Source of the DNA: Felis catus
Taxonomy: Eukaryota
Direction of reading: 5' to 3'
DNA: 64,000 nt
NCBI RefSeq assembly: GCF_018350175.1
Contig: NC_058368.1
Location: forward strand, 217,870,001-217,934,000
In this document: piece after piece, positions 25,922 through 39,310 of the stretch
Numbering within the stretch: the stretch's first letter is position 1
Layout: the number at the start of each line of letters is the position of its first letter
Position numbers and translations under genes: made by a program
Notes under the pieces: generated by a model
What the model saw: the letters and a program-made list of their open reading frames with translations, nothing else
Database searches by the model: none
What the model was told of the DNA's origin: nothing

Positions 25922-27218
25922 AAAAAGTGGTATTTTTTCATAATATGGATATCATTTAAGGCATATTTGGAAAAGTTAAAACTATTTGGAGCTTATGGCA
26001 TGATAAATATTAAAATTTCATTTTTCTGCAGCATCCCACTATTTCTTTTTTATATTTGCTCTGATAGAGTTTCTTTCTTTCTTTCTTTCTTTTTTTATTA
26101 TATATTGCTTCGGAACCTGTATGTCTACAATCACAAATCTGGGGCAGTTTTAGGAAAAGGAAACATAGCAGAGACACACAACACATAGGATATGAACATA
26201 AATACAACTGAACAAGGAACTGCCATGATACTGATTAGCAGACACTTACTTCATTGTTTTAGAATACATATCTTACTTTATTTTTATTATTTTGTGATAT
26301 TCCTGAGACTTTTTCTAATGCCTTTGATTTATTTTTATTGCTTTTCATTTGTAATAATTGAAACATATCAATTGCTCATTAAATTATCCAAGTAGTTCAC
26401 ACTTACTGTATTAACTGTAGAATATGAGCATGATAGAATATAATTTTGTCCCTTTCTTTGTTTCTCTCTTTATCACTATCCTCTTTCTTTCCTTGGAGCT
26501 CAAATGATAAAGCCCATTTGTTAGTGTCTCTCCTAAGGCAACAACTTTCAGTTTCAAACTGATGTTATCTGTGCAACTGCCTTTTTCCTCCAGAACATAC
26601 TGAATTAGTTTCAAATTGGCTGAAAACCTCTTGTTGTCTGTTGCTATAATTGAACTTCCCAGAACCCATTGCACATTTTTATTCTTCCTAGTGGGAACTA
26701 ACCCTTGGGATTTGTTCTACTTGAGCCTTAATATGTTTGTAGTGGTTTTTCCCTACAGTGGTTTAAATCTTGAGTAACCTAGATTTATGGAAGAGTTAAC
26801 ATAATTGTCACTCTCCTTATGGTATTTGTTTTTTACTGCACTGGGAATCAAATAATACAAAACTTATCATTTTGTTTAGTTATATGGGTATTTACAGACT
26901 CCGAAACAACAATAAAGTCAGTAATAATATAAAATTTAATGTTACTCTCAATTCAGAATATTAACCTTAAATACTCAAAGTATTTTCATTTTCCTGTTAT
27001 ATTTTTAAGCATACCTATCTTCTGTACTAAAAAACTACTTCAAGTCTTTTCATTTGTTATGGTGAGTAACAGATGAAATTTACTGCCCATAATTAAGGAG
27101 TAACTCAAATTTTATCCAATTGTATAAATTCCTTGGTATGTTTTTATGAAATTAAGATTTCTTCTCAGATCCTCTCAAATGTAATTTTTAGAGAAATTTG
27201 CTTGTTGGCCTCTTTTTA

Positions 27219-27452
27219 TTTATTTTATTTAAAAAAAAAACTTTTTTTTAATGTTGATTTATTTTTGAGACAGAGAGAGACAGAGCATGAACGGGGGAGG
27301 GTTAGAGACAGAGGGAGACACAGAATCTGAAACAGGTTCCAGGCTCTGAGCTGTCAGCACAGAGCCCAACACAGGGCTTGAACTCACGGACCACGAGATC
27401 ATGACCTAAGCCGAAGTCAGACGCTTAACTGACTGAGCCACCCAGGCGCCCC
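27219..27452 (-). mobile_element. Can-SINE (SINEC_Fc)
   Basis: Perfect 15-bp TSD gttggcctcttttta (27204-27218, 27454-27468). Confidence 0.97.
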
Positions 27453-29789
27453 AGTTGGCCTCTTTTTAAAGACATCACCATTGGGCATTTCAGAGGTTAA
27501 TTAGTAATAATAACTAAATCACATTCTGAGGAAGGAGGATGCAAAATGGGAGGAGCACGATGAGAGACTGCATGCGTCTAGATCAACCACTGAAGATACG
27601 GTCATGTTGAGGGCATTTGCCACCTATGAAATGGTGATTAATCAGAAAGTATAGATGTGTTATGAAGTCTCTCCAAGTTTTTCTCTCCAAGGAGAAAAGA
27701 TGTTAGAGCTTTCACAACAATGTCAGGTAGGCAAAAGGAAAGAAAAAAGCAACCTTGAACTTGCTGCTATGATGAATGCTGCTCAATCTACAGCTCTTCG
27801 GGCTCTCCATTAACACAGTGCCGCAGCCACTCAGGCACCGAAACTAGTCCAGTATGAATATGTATCATGTTCCCATGTACTCTGTGCTGAGGAGAAGAGA
27901 ATTTGCCAAGTAAAAACAACCTGAGCTTCTCATGGTTGAAAAAGATCTGCATACACAACATGCTCAGAAGTGTTCCAAACACAGCAGCACTGACAGGGCC
28001 TGAGACAGGCATCTGTTTAGGAAAGTCACACAATCAGTGATTTTCTCAGCTGGAGGTTTGACCTGATTGACCAAATTCCTTTCAAATCTCCCTAACCTTC
28101 TCACAGAGAAAAGAGAAAGAGAAACAGAAGTTAAAAGTGGTAGCAGTCCTCCATAAGCAAATGAATTCCATATTGATTTCAATGTATAATCAAACCCATT
28201 CCACCTGTCAAGAGAGAGGACACCCAAGCATAGAGTGTCAAGATGAGAGAATGTATCTTAGTCTGCCATTAATTAATGGCTTAAGGACAAACCCTCAAGT
28301 TTAATGCCTAAGATATTATGTTTACCACTTCATCACTTTCCATGTAAGACATTTTTGCTTCTATATATTTGGAACCAAGATATCCTAAGCAATACCCACA
28401 CCTCAAATATCAGTAGGTCAATACATATCTGTATCAATATATCTGTGTCTGAAGAGTGTTGATATAATCATATTTACTTAAAAAGCCCAAACTAAAGCTC
28501 TGATTGAAGATGTTCTGTTAATTCTGCAATAAGCTTCCTCCACTGATGAGAATTCTAATAGAATGTGTACCTCTTGCAATTGCTAACTTGAAAGTTGTCA
28601 TCAAGTATATTTTATGGTTCTGTCTTTTAGCATAAGCTATTGCATTCTTTCAAGCAATAGGAAGTTTTATCTGCCCCAGTACACAGTTTCAACAAACTTC
28701 CAGCTGTAACATACTCTCTTCTATCCCAAGTGTTTTCAGATTTTGTTATGTTCTTTGTGTGTGGTGGGGTGGGACAAGAGGGTGGGGAGTGGAGAGGTGA
28801 TTTGTTTTTTTTTTTTTAAATAAGAAATTAAAAGGGAAAAAAAACTAGTTCTGTAGAATGAAGGATCATGTTCATAATAATATTCAAATATTTTAGTTAA
28901 ATTAAGTATATGTAGGAAATCCATAAGTAAGCTATTTTACACAAAATGTCTATTTTCTTAGTAAGTGTATGCTTTGTTGTGAAAAACAAGAAGGTAATCA
29001 GATTAGAAGGTTAAAGGACATGCTTTGTACTGAAGATCTCAATGCCAAGGCTAAGGGCAAAAACAAAACATATTTCTTTGACTAATGCAATACGGATTAG
29101 CAACCTCTTCATATGGCCAAGCTATACAAACTTATAGTTTAACTCATGTCTCCTTGAATCATAAGGTCATAGAGTCATAAGGTTCCCATATATTGAGTGT
29201 TATATAACATGCTATTATAGTTGCACCTAATATTCTATGAATAGAATATGTATATATAGTCCATGTTTGTATAGACTCTAAACAAATCCTTTTATTCCTC
29301 TCAGAAAATCCTGATATTTAGTCAGAATTCATAGAACTCACCCCACACCTTTTGTAATTGGCATTATGAGTTTACAAACATACTATATATTCTTTATAAA
29401 GAAGTTGCCCAAAATAGTTTCTAATTTTGGACCTAAATTATCTCTGTGAGGTTAATATTAGTAACTACTTAGTGATTAAGATTACACTCTTGAGAAATAT
29501 CAAAACTAAAATTTGAGTCAAAGGAACTTCCCAGAAGATATGTTTCCAAGCTTCAATAAGTCTCATTAATCCATTTTCATAAATATGTTCTTATTCAAAG
29601 CTACATCAGCACATAGTGAAAAAGGAAAATCTTTTTGACCCTCACTTACACTTCTTAATAATGGTCAGTAATAACTGGTGTTTGGAGACTATAAAGATGC
29701 AGTGATCAGCAACACACTTGGTCCCATATCATTGAGCCTATAAATCATATCTGGAAATTGGAAAACACTTACTACCACACATTTGTGGT

Positions 29790-31222
29790 ATTATGTTTTT
29801 AGAACAGCTTCACAGAAATATTGTGGGGAAGGTACAGATATTTCCTATATATCTCCTGGTCTACACATGTATAGACGACCTCATTACCAATAATACTGAA
29901 CAGAGCAATACATCTATTACAATTAATGAACCTACATTGACATAATGTAACCAAAGTTGATAATTTACATTAATGTTCACTGTTGATGTTGTACATTTTA
30001 TGAATTTGGTCAAACATATAATGACATATATCCATCATTATAGCTTCATAAAGAGATTTTCACTGTCCTAAAAATCCTCTGTGTTTCCCCTACTCATCCC
30101 TCTCCCTTGTCCCAACCCAACACTGGTAATTTTGCCTTTTCCAGAATGTCATATAGTTGGAATCAAATATATGTAGTCTTTCCAGCTTGGATTATTTCAC
30201 TCAGTAACAGGAATTCAAAATTCTTCCATGTCTTTTTTAGGGCTTGAAAGCCCATTTCTTTTTGGTGCTGAATAATATTCCATTGTCTGAATATACTACT
30301 ATTGCTTATCTGTTCACCTGCTAAAGGTCATCTTGGTTGCTTCTGATTTGGGGCAATTATGAGAAAAGCTACTATAAACATCCAAGCTCAGTTTTTATTT
30401 GGATATAAGTTCTCAACCCCATTGGGTAAATACCAAGGAATGCAACTGCTGTATCATATGGTAAGAGTATGTTTAGTTTTATAAGAAATTTGCCAAAATA
30501 TTTTCTAAAGTGCCTGCACCATTTTGCATCCCATCAGTAATTAGAGTTCCTGTTGCTTCACACTCTCACTAGGATTTGGTGTCAGTGTTACAGATTTGGG
30601 GCATTCTAACAGGTGGACAGGGGTAGCTCACTGCTTTGCTTTTTCCTGATGACACGTGAAGTACAACATCACCTGAATATCACCTGTTAAGGTCTCTGGT
30701 CCATATTTTGATAAGGTTGTTTTCTTATTGTTGGGTTTTAAGGGTTCCTTGCATGTTTTGGATAACAGTCCTTGATCTGATGTGTCTTTTGTCAATATAT
30801 TCTGTGGCTTTTTTTTTCTAATTTTATTGGCATCCTCTTTTACAGAATAGACACTTAAGAATTTTGTGAAGTCCACCTTATCAATTATTTCTGTCGTGTA
30901 TCATTTCTTTGCTGTTATATGTAATAAAGCAATCACCATTCTCAAAGTCATCTGGGTTTTCTCCTATGTCATGCAATCTGTAAACAAAAACAATTTCATT
31001 TCTTCCTCACCAATCTGTATAGCTTTTATTTATTTTTATCGTTTTACTGCATTAATTAGAACTTATAGAGTACAATGTTGAAAGGAGAGGTGAGAGGAAT
31101 ATTCTTGCTTTGTTCATGATCACAGAGAGAAAGCTTCTAGTTTCTCATCATTAAGCATGATGTTAGTTGTAGATTTTTTTGTAGATATTCTTTTTCATGT
31201 TGAAGAATTTCCCTCCATTCTT
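29790..31222 (-). mobile_element. Old L1 (L1MC1-like) 3'UTR plus ORF2 remnant with internal deletion
   Basis: aattaatgaacctacattgaca...cactgtcctaaaaatcctctgtg resembles the L1MC 3' end; ORF2 parts are homologous to the young L1 in this window. Confidence 0.75.
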
Positions 31223-31379
31223 TGCAATATTATGTTTATGAATAGAAACTTAAAATTGAAGAAATAAAATACAGTTAAATAAAACATAGAAATAAAAATG
31301 GTTTACATGCAACACAACTATAAAAAGTGGCACATACACATACATTTATTTCACACAGATCGAACTTATGTAGTAGGCA

Positions 31380-31520
31380 CTGATATTTTACTTGTTTTAA
31401 CAGACAGGAAAAATGAAAGTGTGAGAGATAAAAAATTTGCTCACAGTATAAAGCAAATAAGTTACTAAATCATTAATAGAATCCAACCCTTTTGGCAAAG
31501 ATTCAATTAGCTGTTCTCTC
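31380..31520 (-). mobile_element. MIR relic
   Basis: ttttaacagacaggaaaaatgaaagtgtgagagataaaaaatttgctcacag is the reverse MIR core. Confidence 0.5.
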
Positions 31521-32611
31521 TATGACTGTAAAGTTTCTGCTTAGAATGAATGCAATCTTACCAGACATCTTGGAATTCATTATTTGTCTTATTTGCCTCT
31601 ATCCAAGATTATATCTACTATCCCAAAGTTTATGATTGAATGTTGACTCTTCTGATTTATGATATGGGCATATTGTGATAACTAGTGTTTTTTTTTTTTA
31701 TTTTAAAATTACTAAAACTCAAAGTTTCATTTTTTGGAAACCTTAGTGAAAAATAAAGTCTTTCTGTCCATGTAAGCAGTTTTGTGGAAAAATGCTCACT
31801 CATTCACCATTCACTCAAAACATAGTTTGTATGCCTTGTGTTTTCCAGACAGTATACTCAGTGGCTGGGGATACAAACATGACAAGAATGAGTTCCTGCT
31901 TCAAGGAAAGTATTATGCTCTATACAATTATATCAATATGCATAGAACTATGTAACTACGCATGCCAGTGGATATGGTACAGATAACGTTAGAAAAATAT
32001 ACAGGCATATTGGGATCACAGGATAGCTGATATGCAAGGATTCCAACAAGTATCAGAGATGTCATAAGTTCTATATAATTGAAGTGAGACTTGCAGGGAA
32101 AACATAAATGTGCCTCACAGAGAAGTACAGGAATTCCACTTGGTACAAGCAACGTATACATTAAAGGGAATCTTCTGTTCTGAGAACTACTTACAGTCTT
32201 TATCTTGATTCAACAAAATTGTTCAGAATAGAGTAATTGAAAATAATATTTTGCAGCTAATGGATATAACATCCTACTCAAGTACCCATGTTTCCCAAAA
32301 GTAAGCTCCTCTACAGTAGGATGATGATAGGTATTGCATGCAGACCAATATCCCTTGTTCAAGTAAGTTTGGACTAAACTTTAAACAAATTCACTTAATA
32401 AGACCCTCTCATATTAGCATATATTTTGAATCTCAAAGAGGAAGTGTCTCTCATACTTAGCCACACATTTAATTTTTACAAAACAGTGGAGTGAATAACA
32501 CATTCATATCCATAGCTACCCTCTCACTTAGCCTTCCACGCACACAACACTCATGTTTATTCATACTCAGTCACAGTCACACTCACTGGACAAGAATCAC
32601 CACTCTCTCCA

Positions 32612-32612
<1 letters not shown>

Positions 32613-32649
<37 letters not shown>
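32613..32649. repeat. (CA)n microsatellite
   Basis: Direct inspection. Confidence 0.95.
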
Positions 32650-32651
<2 letters not shown>

Positions 32652-32781
32652 TTATTTCTTCTTTCTGTCCCTCTCCACCTGCTCTCTTTTTCTCCCTCTC
32701 AGTTTTACACCCACACAACATAGATAAATATCTAAAACCCACATTTTGAAACTCCTCTCACAAAACTAATAATTTGTATTT

Positions 32782-32993
32782 AATTTTTTTCAATGTTTAC
32801 TTTTGAGAGAGAGAGAGAGAGAGACAGAACACGAGCAGAGAAGGGGCAGAGAGAGGAAGACACAGATTCCGAAGCAGGCTCCAAGCTCTGAGCTGTCAGC
32901 ACAGCACCCAATGTGGGGTTTGAACCCACAACCTGTGAGATCATGACCTGAATCTAAGTCAGACGCCCAACCGACTGAGCCACCCAGGCACCC
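32782..32993 (-). mobile_element. Can-SINE
   Basis: 15-bp TSD taataatttgtattt (32767-32781, 32995-33009). Confidence 0.96.
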
Positions 32994-33026
32994 GTAATAA
33001 TTTGTATTTTAGAAAAATATTTGGAG

Positions 33027-33250
33027 GGGCGCCTGGGTGGTGCAGTCAGTTAAGCGTCCGACTTCAGCCAGGTCACGATCTCGCGGTCCGTGAGTTCGAG
33101 TCCCGCGTCGGGGTCTGGGCTGATGGCTCACAGCCTGGAGCCTGTTTCTGATTCTGTGTCTCCCTCTCTCTCTGCCCCTCCCCTGTTCATGCTCTGTCTC
33201 TCTCTGTCCCAAAAATAAATAAACGTTGAAAAAAAAATTAAAAAAAAAAA
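33027..33250 (+). mobile_element. Young Can-SINE (SINEC_Fc)
   Basis: CpG-rich head and long A tail; no clean TSD seen. Confidence 0.97.
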
Positions 33251-33616
33251 GAAATTAGTAAAATATATATCATGCCATTTAGAAACAAAGATCAATTTTT
33301 AATGTTTATTTTTATATTTAATTATATATTCTAATACTGTTGAAACATTCATGCATACTAATTTTTATTTTCATTCAAAAATATTTTTTTATTTTTTTAT
33401 ATGAAATTTATTGACAAATTGGTTTCCATACAACACCCAGTGCTCATCCCAAAAGGTGCCCTCCTCAATACCCATCACCCACCCTCTCATCCCTCCCACC
33501 CCCCATCAACCCTCAGTTTGTTCTCAGTTTTTAACAGTCTCTTATGCTTTGGCTCTCTCCCACTCTAACCTTTTTTTTTTTTCCTTCCCCTCCCCCATGG
33601 GTTCCTGTTAAGTTTC

Positions 33617-36600
33617 TCAGGGTCCACATAAGAGTGAAACCATATGGTATCTGTCTTTCTCTGTATGGCTTATTTCACTTAGCATCACACTCTCCAGTTC
33701 CATCCACGTTGCTACAAAGGGCCATATTTCATTTTTTCTCATTGCCACGTAATATTCCATTGTGTATATAAACCACAATTTCTTTATCCATTCATCAGTT
33801 GATGGACATTTAGGCTCTTTCCATAATTTGGCTATTGTTGAGAGTGCTGCTATAAACATTGGGGTACAAGTGGCCCTATGCATCGGTACTCCTGTATCCC
33901 TTGGATAAATTCCTAGCAGTGCTATTGCTGGGTCATAGGGTAGGTCTATTTTTAATTTTCTGAGGAACCTCCACACTGCTTTCCAGAGCGGCTGCACCAA
34001 TTTGCATTCCCACCAACAGTGCAAGAGGGTTCCCGTTTCTCCACATCGTCTCCAGCATCTAGAGTCTCCTGATTTGTTCATTTTGGCCACTCTGACTGGC
34101 GTGAGGTGATACCTGAGTGTGGTTTTGATTTGTATTTCCCTGATAAGGAGCGACGCTGAACATCTTTTCATGTGCCTGTTGGCCATCCGGATGTCTTCTT
34201 TAGAGAAGTGTCTATTCATGTTTTCTGCCCATTTCTTCACTGGGTTATTTGTTTTTCGGGTGTGGAGTTTGGTGAGCTCTTTATAGATTTTGGATACTAG
34301 CCCTTTGTCCGATAGGTCATTTGCGAATATCTTTTCCCATTCCGTTGGTTGCCTTTTAGTTTTGTTGGTTGTTTCCTTTGCTGTGCAGAAGCTTTTTATC
34401 TTCATAAGGTCCCAGTAATTCACTTTTGCTTTTAATTCCCTTGCTTTTGGGGATGTGTCGAGTAAGAGATTGCTACGGCTGAGGTCAGAGAGGTCTTTTC
34501 CTGCTTTCTCCTCTAAGGTTTTAATGGTTTCCTGTCTCACATTTAGGTCCTTTATCCATTTTGAGTTTATTTTTGTGAATGGTGTGAGAAAGTGGTCTAG
34601 TTTCAACCTTCTGCATGTTGCTGTCCAGTTCTCCCAGCACCATTTGTTAAAGAGGCTGTCTTTTTTCCATTGGATGTTCTTTCCTACTTTGTCAAAGATG
34701 AGTTGGCCATACGTTTGTGGGTCTAGTTCTGGGGTTTCTATTCTATTCCATTGGTCTATGTGTCTGTTTTTGTGCCAATACCATGCTGTCTTCATGATGA
34801 CAGCTTTGTAGTAGAGGCTAAAGTCTGGGATTGTGATGCCTCCTGCTTTGGTCTTCTTCTTCAAAATTCCTTTGGCTATTCGGGGCCTTTTGTGGTTCCA
34901 TATGAATTTTAGGATTGCTTGTTCTAGTTTTGACAAGAATGCTGGTGCAATTTTGATTGGGATTGCATTGAATGTGTAGATAGCTTTGGGTAGTATTGAC
35001 ATTTTGACAATATTTATTTTTCCAATCCATGAGCAGGGAATGTCTTTCCATTTCTTTAAATCTTCTTCAATTTCCTTCATAAGCTTTCTATAGTTTTCAG
35101 CATACAGATCCTTTACATCTTTGGTTAGATTTATTCCTAGGTATTTTATGCTTCTTGGTGCAATTGTGAATGGGATCAGTTTCTTTATTTGTCTTTCTGT
35201 TGCTTCATTGTTAGTGTATAAGAATGCAACTGATTTCTGTACATTGATTTTGTATCCTGCAACTTTGCTGAATTCCTGTATCAGTTCTAGTAGACTTTTG
35301 GTGGAGTCTATCGGATTTTCCATGTATAATATCATGTCATCTGAAAAAAGCGAAAGCTTGACTTCATCTTTGCCAATTTTGATGCCTTTGATTTCCTTTT
35401 GTTGTCTGATTGCTGATGCTAGAACTTCCAGCACTATGTTAAACAGCAGCGGTGAGAGTGGGCAACCTTGTCGTGTTCCTGATCTCAGGGAAAAAGCTCT
35501 CAGTTTTTCCCCGTTGAGGATGATGTTAGCTGTGGGCTTTTCATAAATGGCTTTTATGATCTTTAAGTATGTTCCTTCTATCCCGACTTTCTCAAGGGTT
35601 TTTATTAAGAAAGGGTGCTGGATTTTGTCAAAGGCCTTTTCTGCATCGATTGACAGGATCATATGGTTCTTCTCTTTTTTTGTTGTTAATGTGATGTATC
35701 ACGTTGATTGATTTGCGAATGTTGAACCAGCCCTGCATCCCAGGAATGAATCCCACTTGATCATGGTGAATAATTCTTTTTATATGTCGTTGAATTCGAT
35801 TTGCTAGTATCTTATTGAGAATTTTTGCATCCATATTCATCAGGGATATTGGCCTGTAGTTCTCTTTTGTTACTGGGTCTCTGTCTGGTTTAGGAATCAA
35901 AGTAATACTGGCTTCATAGAATGAGTCTGGAAGTTTTCCTTCCCTTTCTATTTCTCGGAATAGCTTCAGAAGGATAGGTATTATCTCTACTTTAAACGTC
36001 TGGTAGAACTCCCCTGGGAAGCCATCTGGTCCTGGACTCTTATTTGTTTGGAGATTTTTGATAACCGATTCAATTTCTTCGCTGGTTATGGGTCTGTTCA
36101 AGCTTTCTATTTCCTCCTGATTGAGTTTTGGAAGAGTGTGGGTGTTTAGGAATTTGTCCATTTCTTCCAGGTTGTCCAATTTGTTGGCATATAATTTTTC
36201 ATAGTATTCCCTGATAATTGTTTGTATCTCTGAGGGATTGGTTGTAATACTTCCATTTTCATTCATGATTTTATCTATTTGGGTCATCTCCCTTTTCTTT
36301 TTGAGAAGCCTGGCTAGAGGTTTGTCAATTTTGTTTATTTTTTCAAAAAACCAACTCTTGGTTTCGTTGATCTGCTCTACAGTTTTTTTAGATTCTATAT
36401 TGTTTATTTCCGCTCTGATCTTTATTATTTGTCTTCTTCTGCTGGGTTTAGGCTGCCTTTGCTGTTCTGCTTCTAGTTCCTTTAGGTGTGCTGTTAGATT
36501 TTGTATTTGGGATTTTTCTTGTTTCTTGAGATAGGCCTGGATTGCAATGTATTTTCCTCTCAGGACTGCCTTCGCTGCGTCCCAAAGCGTTTGGATTGTT

Positions 36601-37438
36601 GTATTTTCATTTTCGTTTGTTTCCATATATTTTTTAATTTCTTCTCTAATTGCCTGGTTGACCCACTCATTCGTTAGTAGGGTGTTCTTTAACCTCCATG
36701 CCTTTGGAGGTTTTCCAGACTTTTTTCTGTGGTTGATTTCAAGCTTCATAGCATTGTGGTCTGAAAGTATGCATGGTATAATTTCAATTCTTGTAAACTT
36801 ATGAAGGGCTGTTTTGTGACCCAGTATATGATCTATCTTGGAGAATGTTCCATGTGCACTCGAGAAGAAAGTATATTCTGTTGCTTTGGGATGCAGAGTT
36901 CTAAATATATCTGTCAAGTCCATCTGATCCAATGTCTCATTCAGGGCCCTTGTTTCTTTATTGACCGTGTGTCTAGATGATCTGTCCATTTCTGTAAGTG
37001 GGGTGTTAAAGTCCCCTGCAATTACCACATTCTTATCAATAAGGTTGCTTATGTTTATGAGTAATTGTTTTATATATTTGGGGGCTCCGGTATTCGGCGC
37101 ATAGACATTTATACTTGTTAGCTCTTCCTGATGGATAGACCCTGTAACTATTATATAATGTCCTTCTTCATCTCTTGTTACAGCCTTTAATTTAAAGTCT
37201 AGTTTGTCTGATATAAGTATGGCTACTCCAGCTTTCTTTTGGCTTCCAGTCGCATGATACATAGTTCTCCATCCCCTCACTCTCAATCTAAAGGTGTCCT
37301 CAGGTCTAAAATGAGTCTCTTGTAGACAGCAAATAGATGGGTCTTGTTTTTTTATCCATTCTGATACCCTATGTCTTTTGGTTGGCGCATTTAATCCATT
37401 TACATTGTTATTATAGAAAGATATGGGTTTAGAGTCAT
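33617..37438 (-). pseudogene. L1 ORF2 (APE endonuclease, reverse transcriptase, CCHC), frameshifted
   Basis: Start [11 protein letters not shown] at 37438; ~4-bp deletion at ~37405 and +1 near the T7 run at 35675-35681; motifs QE, GDFN, SDH, YRPISL, QGCPLSP, FSDD (canonical FADD) and [18 protein letters not shown] present. Confidence 0.96.
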
Positions 37439-37488
37439 TGTGATGTCTGAATGTTTTATGCTTGTAGTGATGTCTCTGGGACTTTGTC

Positions 37489-38382
37489 TCACAGGGTCCC
37501 CCTTAGGATCTCTTGTAGGGCTGGTTTAGTGGTGACAAATTCCTTCAGTTTTTGTTTGTTTGGGAAGACCTTTATCTCTCCTTCTATTCTAAATGACAGA
37601 CGTGCTGGATAAAGGATTCTCAGCTGCATATTTTTTCTGTCTAGCACCCTGAAAATCTCGTGCCAATTCTTTCTGGCCTGCCAAGTTTCAAAAGAGAGAT
37701 CAGTCACGAGTCTTATAGGTCTCCCTTTATATGTGAGGGCACGTTTACCCCTTGCTGCTTTCAGAATTTTCTCTTTATCCTTGTATTTTGCCAGTTTCAC
37801 TATGATATGTCGTGCAGAAGATCGATTCAAGTTACGTCTGAAGGGAGTTCTCTGTGCCTCTTGGATTTCAATGCCTTTTTCCTTCCCCAGTTCAGGGAAG
37901 TTCTCACCTATTATTTCTTCAAGTACCCCTTCAGCACCTTTCCCTCTCTCTTCCTCCTCTGGGATACCAATTATGCGTATATTATTTCTTTTTAGTGTAT
38001 CACTTAGTTCTCTAATTTTCCCCTCATACTCCTGGATTTTTTTATCTCTCTTTTTCTCAGCTTCCTCTTTTTCCATAACTTTATCTTCTAGTTCACCTAT
38101 TCTCTCCTCTGCCTCTTCAAGCGGAGCTGTGGTGGTTTCCATTTTGTTATGCATTTCGTTTAAAGCGTTTTTCAGCTCCTCGTGACTGTTCCTTAGTCCC
38201 TTGATCTCTGTAGCAAGAGATTCTCTGCTGTCCTCTATACTGTTTTCAAGCCCAGCGATTAATTTTATGACTATTATTCTAAATTCACTTTCTGTTATAT
38301 TATTTAAATCCTTTTTGATCAGCTCATTAGCTGTTGTTATTTCCTGGAGATTCTTCTGAGGGGAATTCTTCCGCTTGGTCAT
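37489..38382 (-). CDS. L1 ORF1p (coiled coil, RRM, CTD nucleic-acid chaperone), 297 aa, open
   Basis: ATG at 38382 ([10 protein letters not shown]); coiled-coil region, [14 protein letters not shown] and YPARLS motifs; uninterrupted frame. Confidence 0.95.
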   Translation of the reverse strand: MTKRKNSPQKNLQEITTANELIKKDLNNITESEFRIIVIKLIAGLENSIEDSRESLATEIKGLRNSHEELKNALNEMHNKMETTTAPLEEAEERIGELEDKVMEKEEAEKKRDKKIQEYEGKIRELSDTLKRNNIRIIGIPEEEERGKGAEGVLEEIIGENFPELGKEKGIEIQEAQRTPFRRNLNRSSARHIIVKLAKYKDKEKILKAARGKRALTYKGRPIRLVTDLSFETWQARKNWHEIFRVLDRKNMQLRILYPARLSFRIEGEIKVFPNKQKLKEFVTTKPALQEILRGTL

Positions 38383-39310
38383 TTTGGATAGTCCCTGGTG
38401 TGGTGAGGACCTGCAGGGCACTTCCCCTGTGCTGTGGTGTATAACTGGAGTTGGTGGGCGGGGCCGCAGTCAGACCTGATGTCTGCCCCCAGCCCACCGC
38501 TGGGGCCACAGTCAGACTGGTGTGTGCCTTCTCTTCCCCTCTCCTAGGGGCGGGATTCACTATGGGGTGGCGTGGCCCGTCTGGGCTACTTGCACACTGC
38601 CAGGCTTGTGATGCTGGGGATCTGGCGTATTAGCTGGGGTGGGTAGGCAAGGTGCACGGGGGCAGGAGGGGCAGGCTTAGATCGCTTCTCCTTAGGTGAT
38701 CCTCTTCAGGAGGGGCCCTGTGGCAGCGGGAGGGAGTCAGATCCGCTGCCGGAGGTTTGGCTCTGCAGAAGCACAGAGTTGGGTGTTTGTGCGGAGCGAG
38801 CAAGTTCCCTGGCAGGAACTGGTTCTCTTTGGGATTTTGGCTGGGGGATGGGCGGGGGAGATGGCGCTGGCGAGCGCCTTTGTTCCCCACCAAACTGAGC
38901 TCTGTCGTCAGGGGGCTCAGCAGCTCTCCCTCCCTTTGTCCTCCAGCCTTCCCGCTTTGCGAGCAGAGCTGTTCACTTATGACCTCCCAGACGCTAAGTC
39001 GCGCTTGTTGTGGGAACACAGTCCGTCAGGCCCCTCCGCTTTTGCCAGCCAGACTCGGGGGCTCTGCTTGGCCTGCGAGCCGCCCCTCCGCCCCGGCTCC
39101 CTCCCGCCAGTCCGTGGAGCGCGCACCGCCTCGCCGCCCTTCCTACCCTCTTCCGTGGGCCTCTCGTCTGCGTTTGGCTCCGGCGACTCCGTTCTGCTAA
39201 TCCTCTGATGATTTTCTGGGTTATTTAGGCAGGTGTAGGTGGAATCTAAGTGATCAGCAGGACGCGAGGTGAGCCCAGCGTCCTCCTAAGCCGCCATCTT
39301 GCCGCTTCTC
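38383..39310 (-). promoter_or_regulatory. L1 5'UTR internal Pol II promoter, CpG-island-like
   Basis: Only strongly GC/CpG-rich stretch in the window; YY1 motif CAAGATGGCGGC at 39301-39290 near the element start. Confidence 0.85.

Noticed and set aside
34455..38185. Several 85-150 aa plus-strand ORFs
   Set aside because: Antisense shadows of L1 ORF1 and ORF2 caused by L1 base composition
38383..38421. 13-aa N-terminal extension of ORF1 in the ORF track
   Set aside because: It starts at a non-ATG codon; the family-typical start is the ATG at 38382
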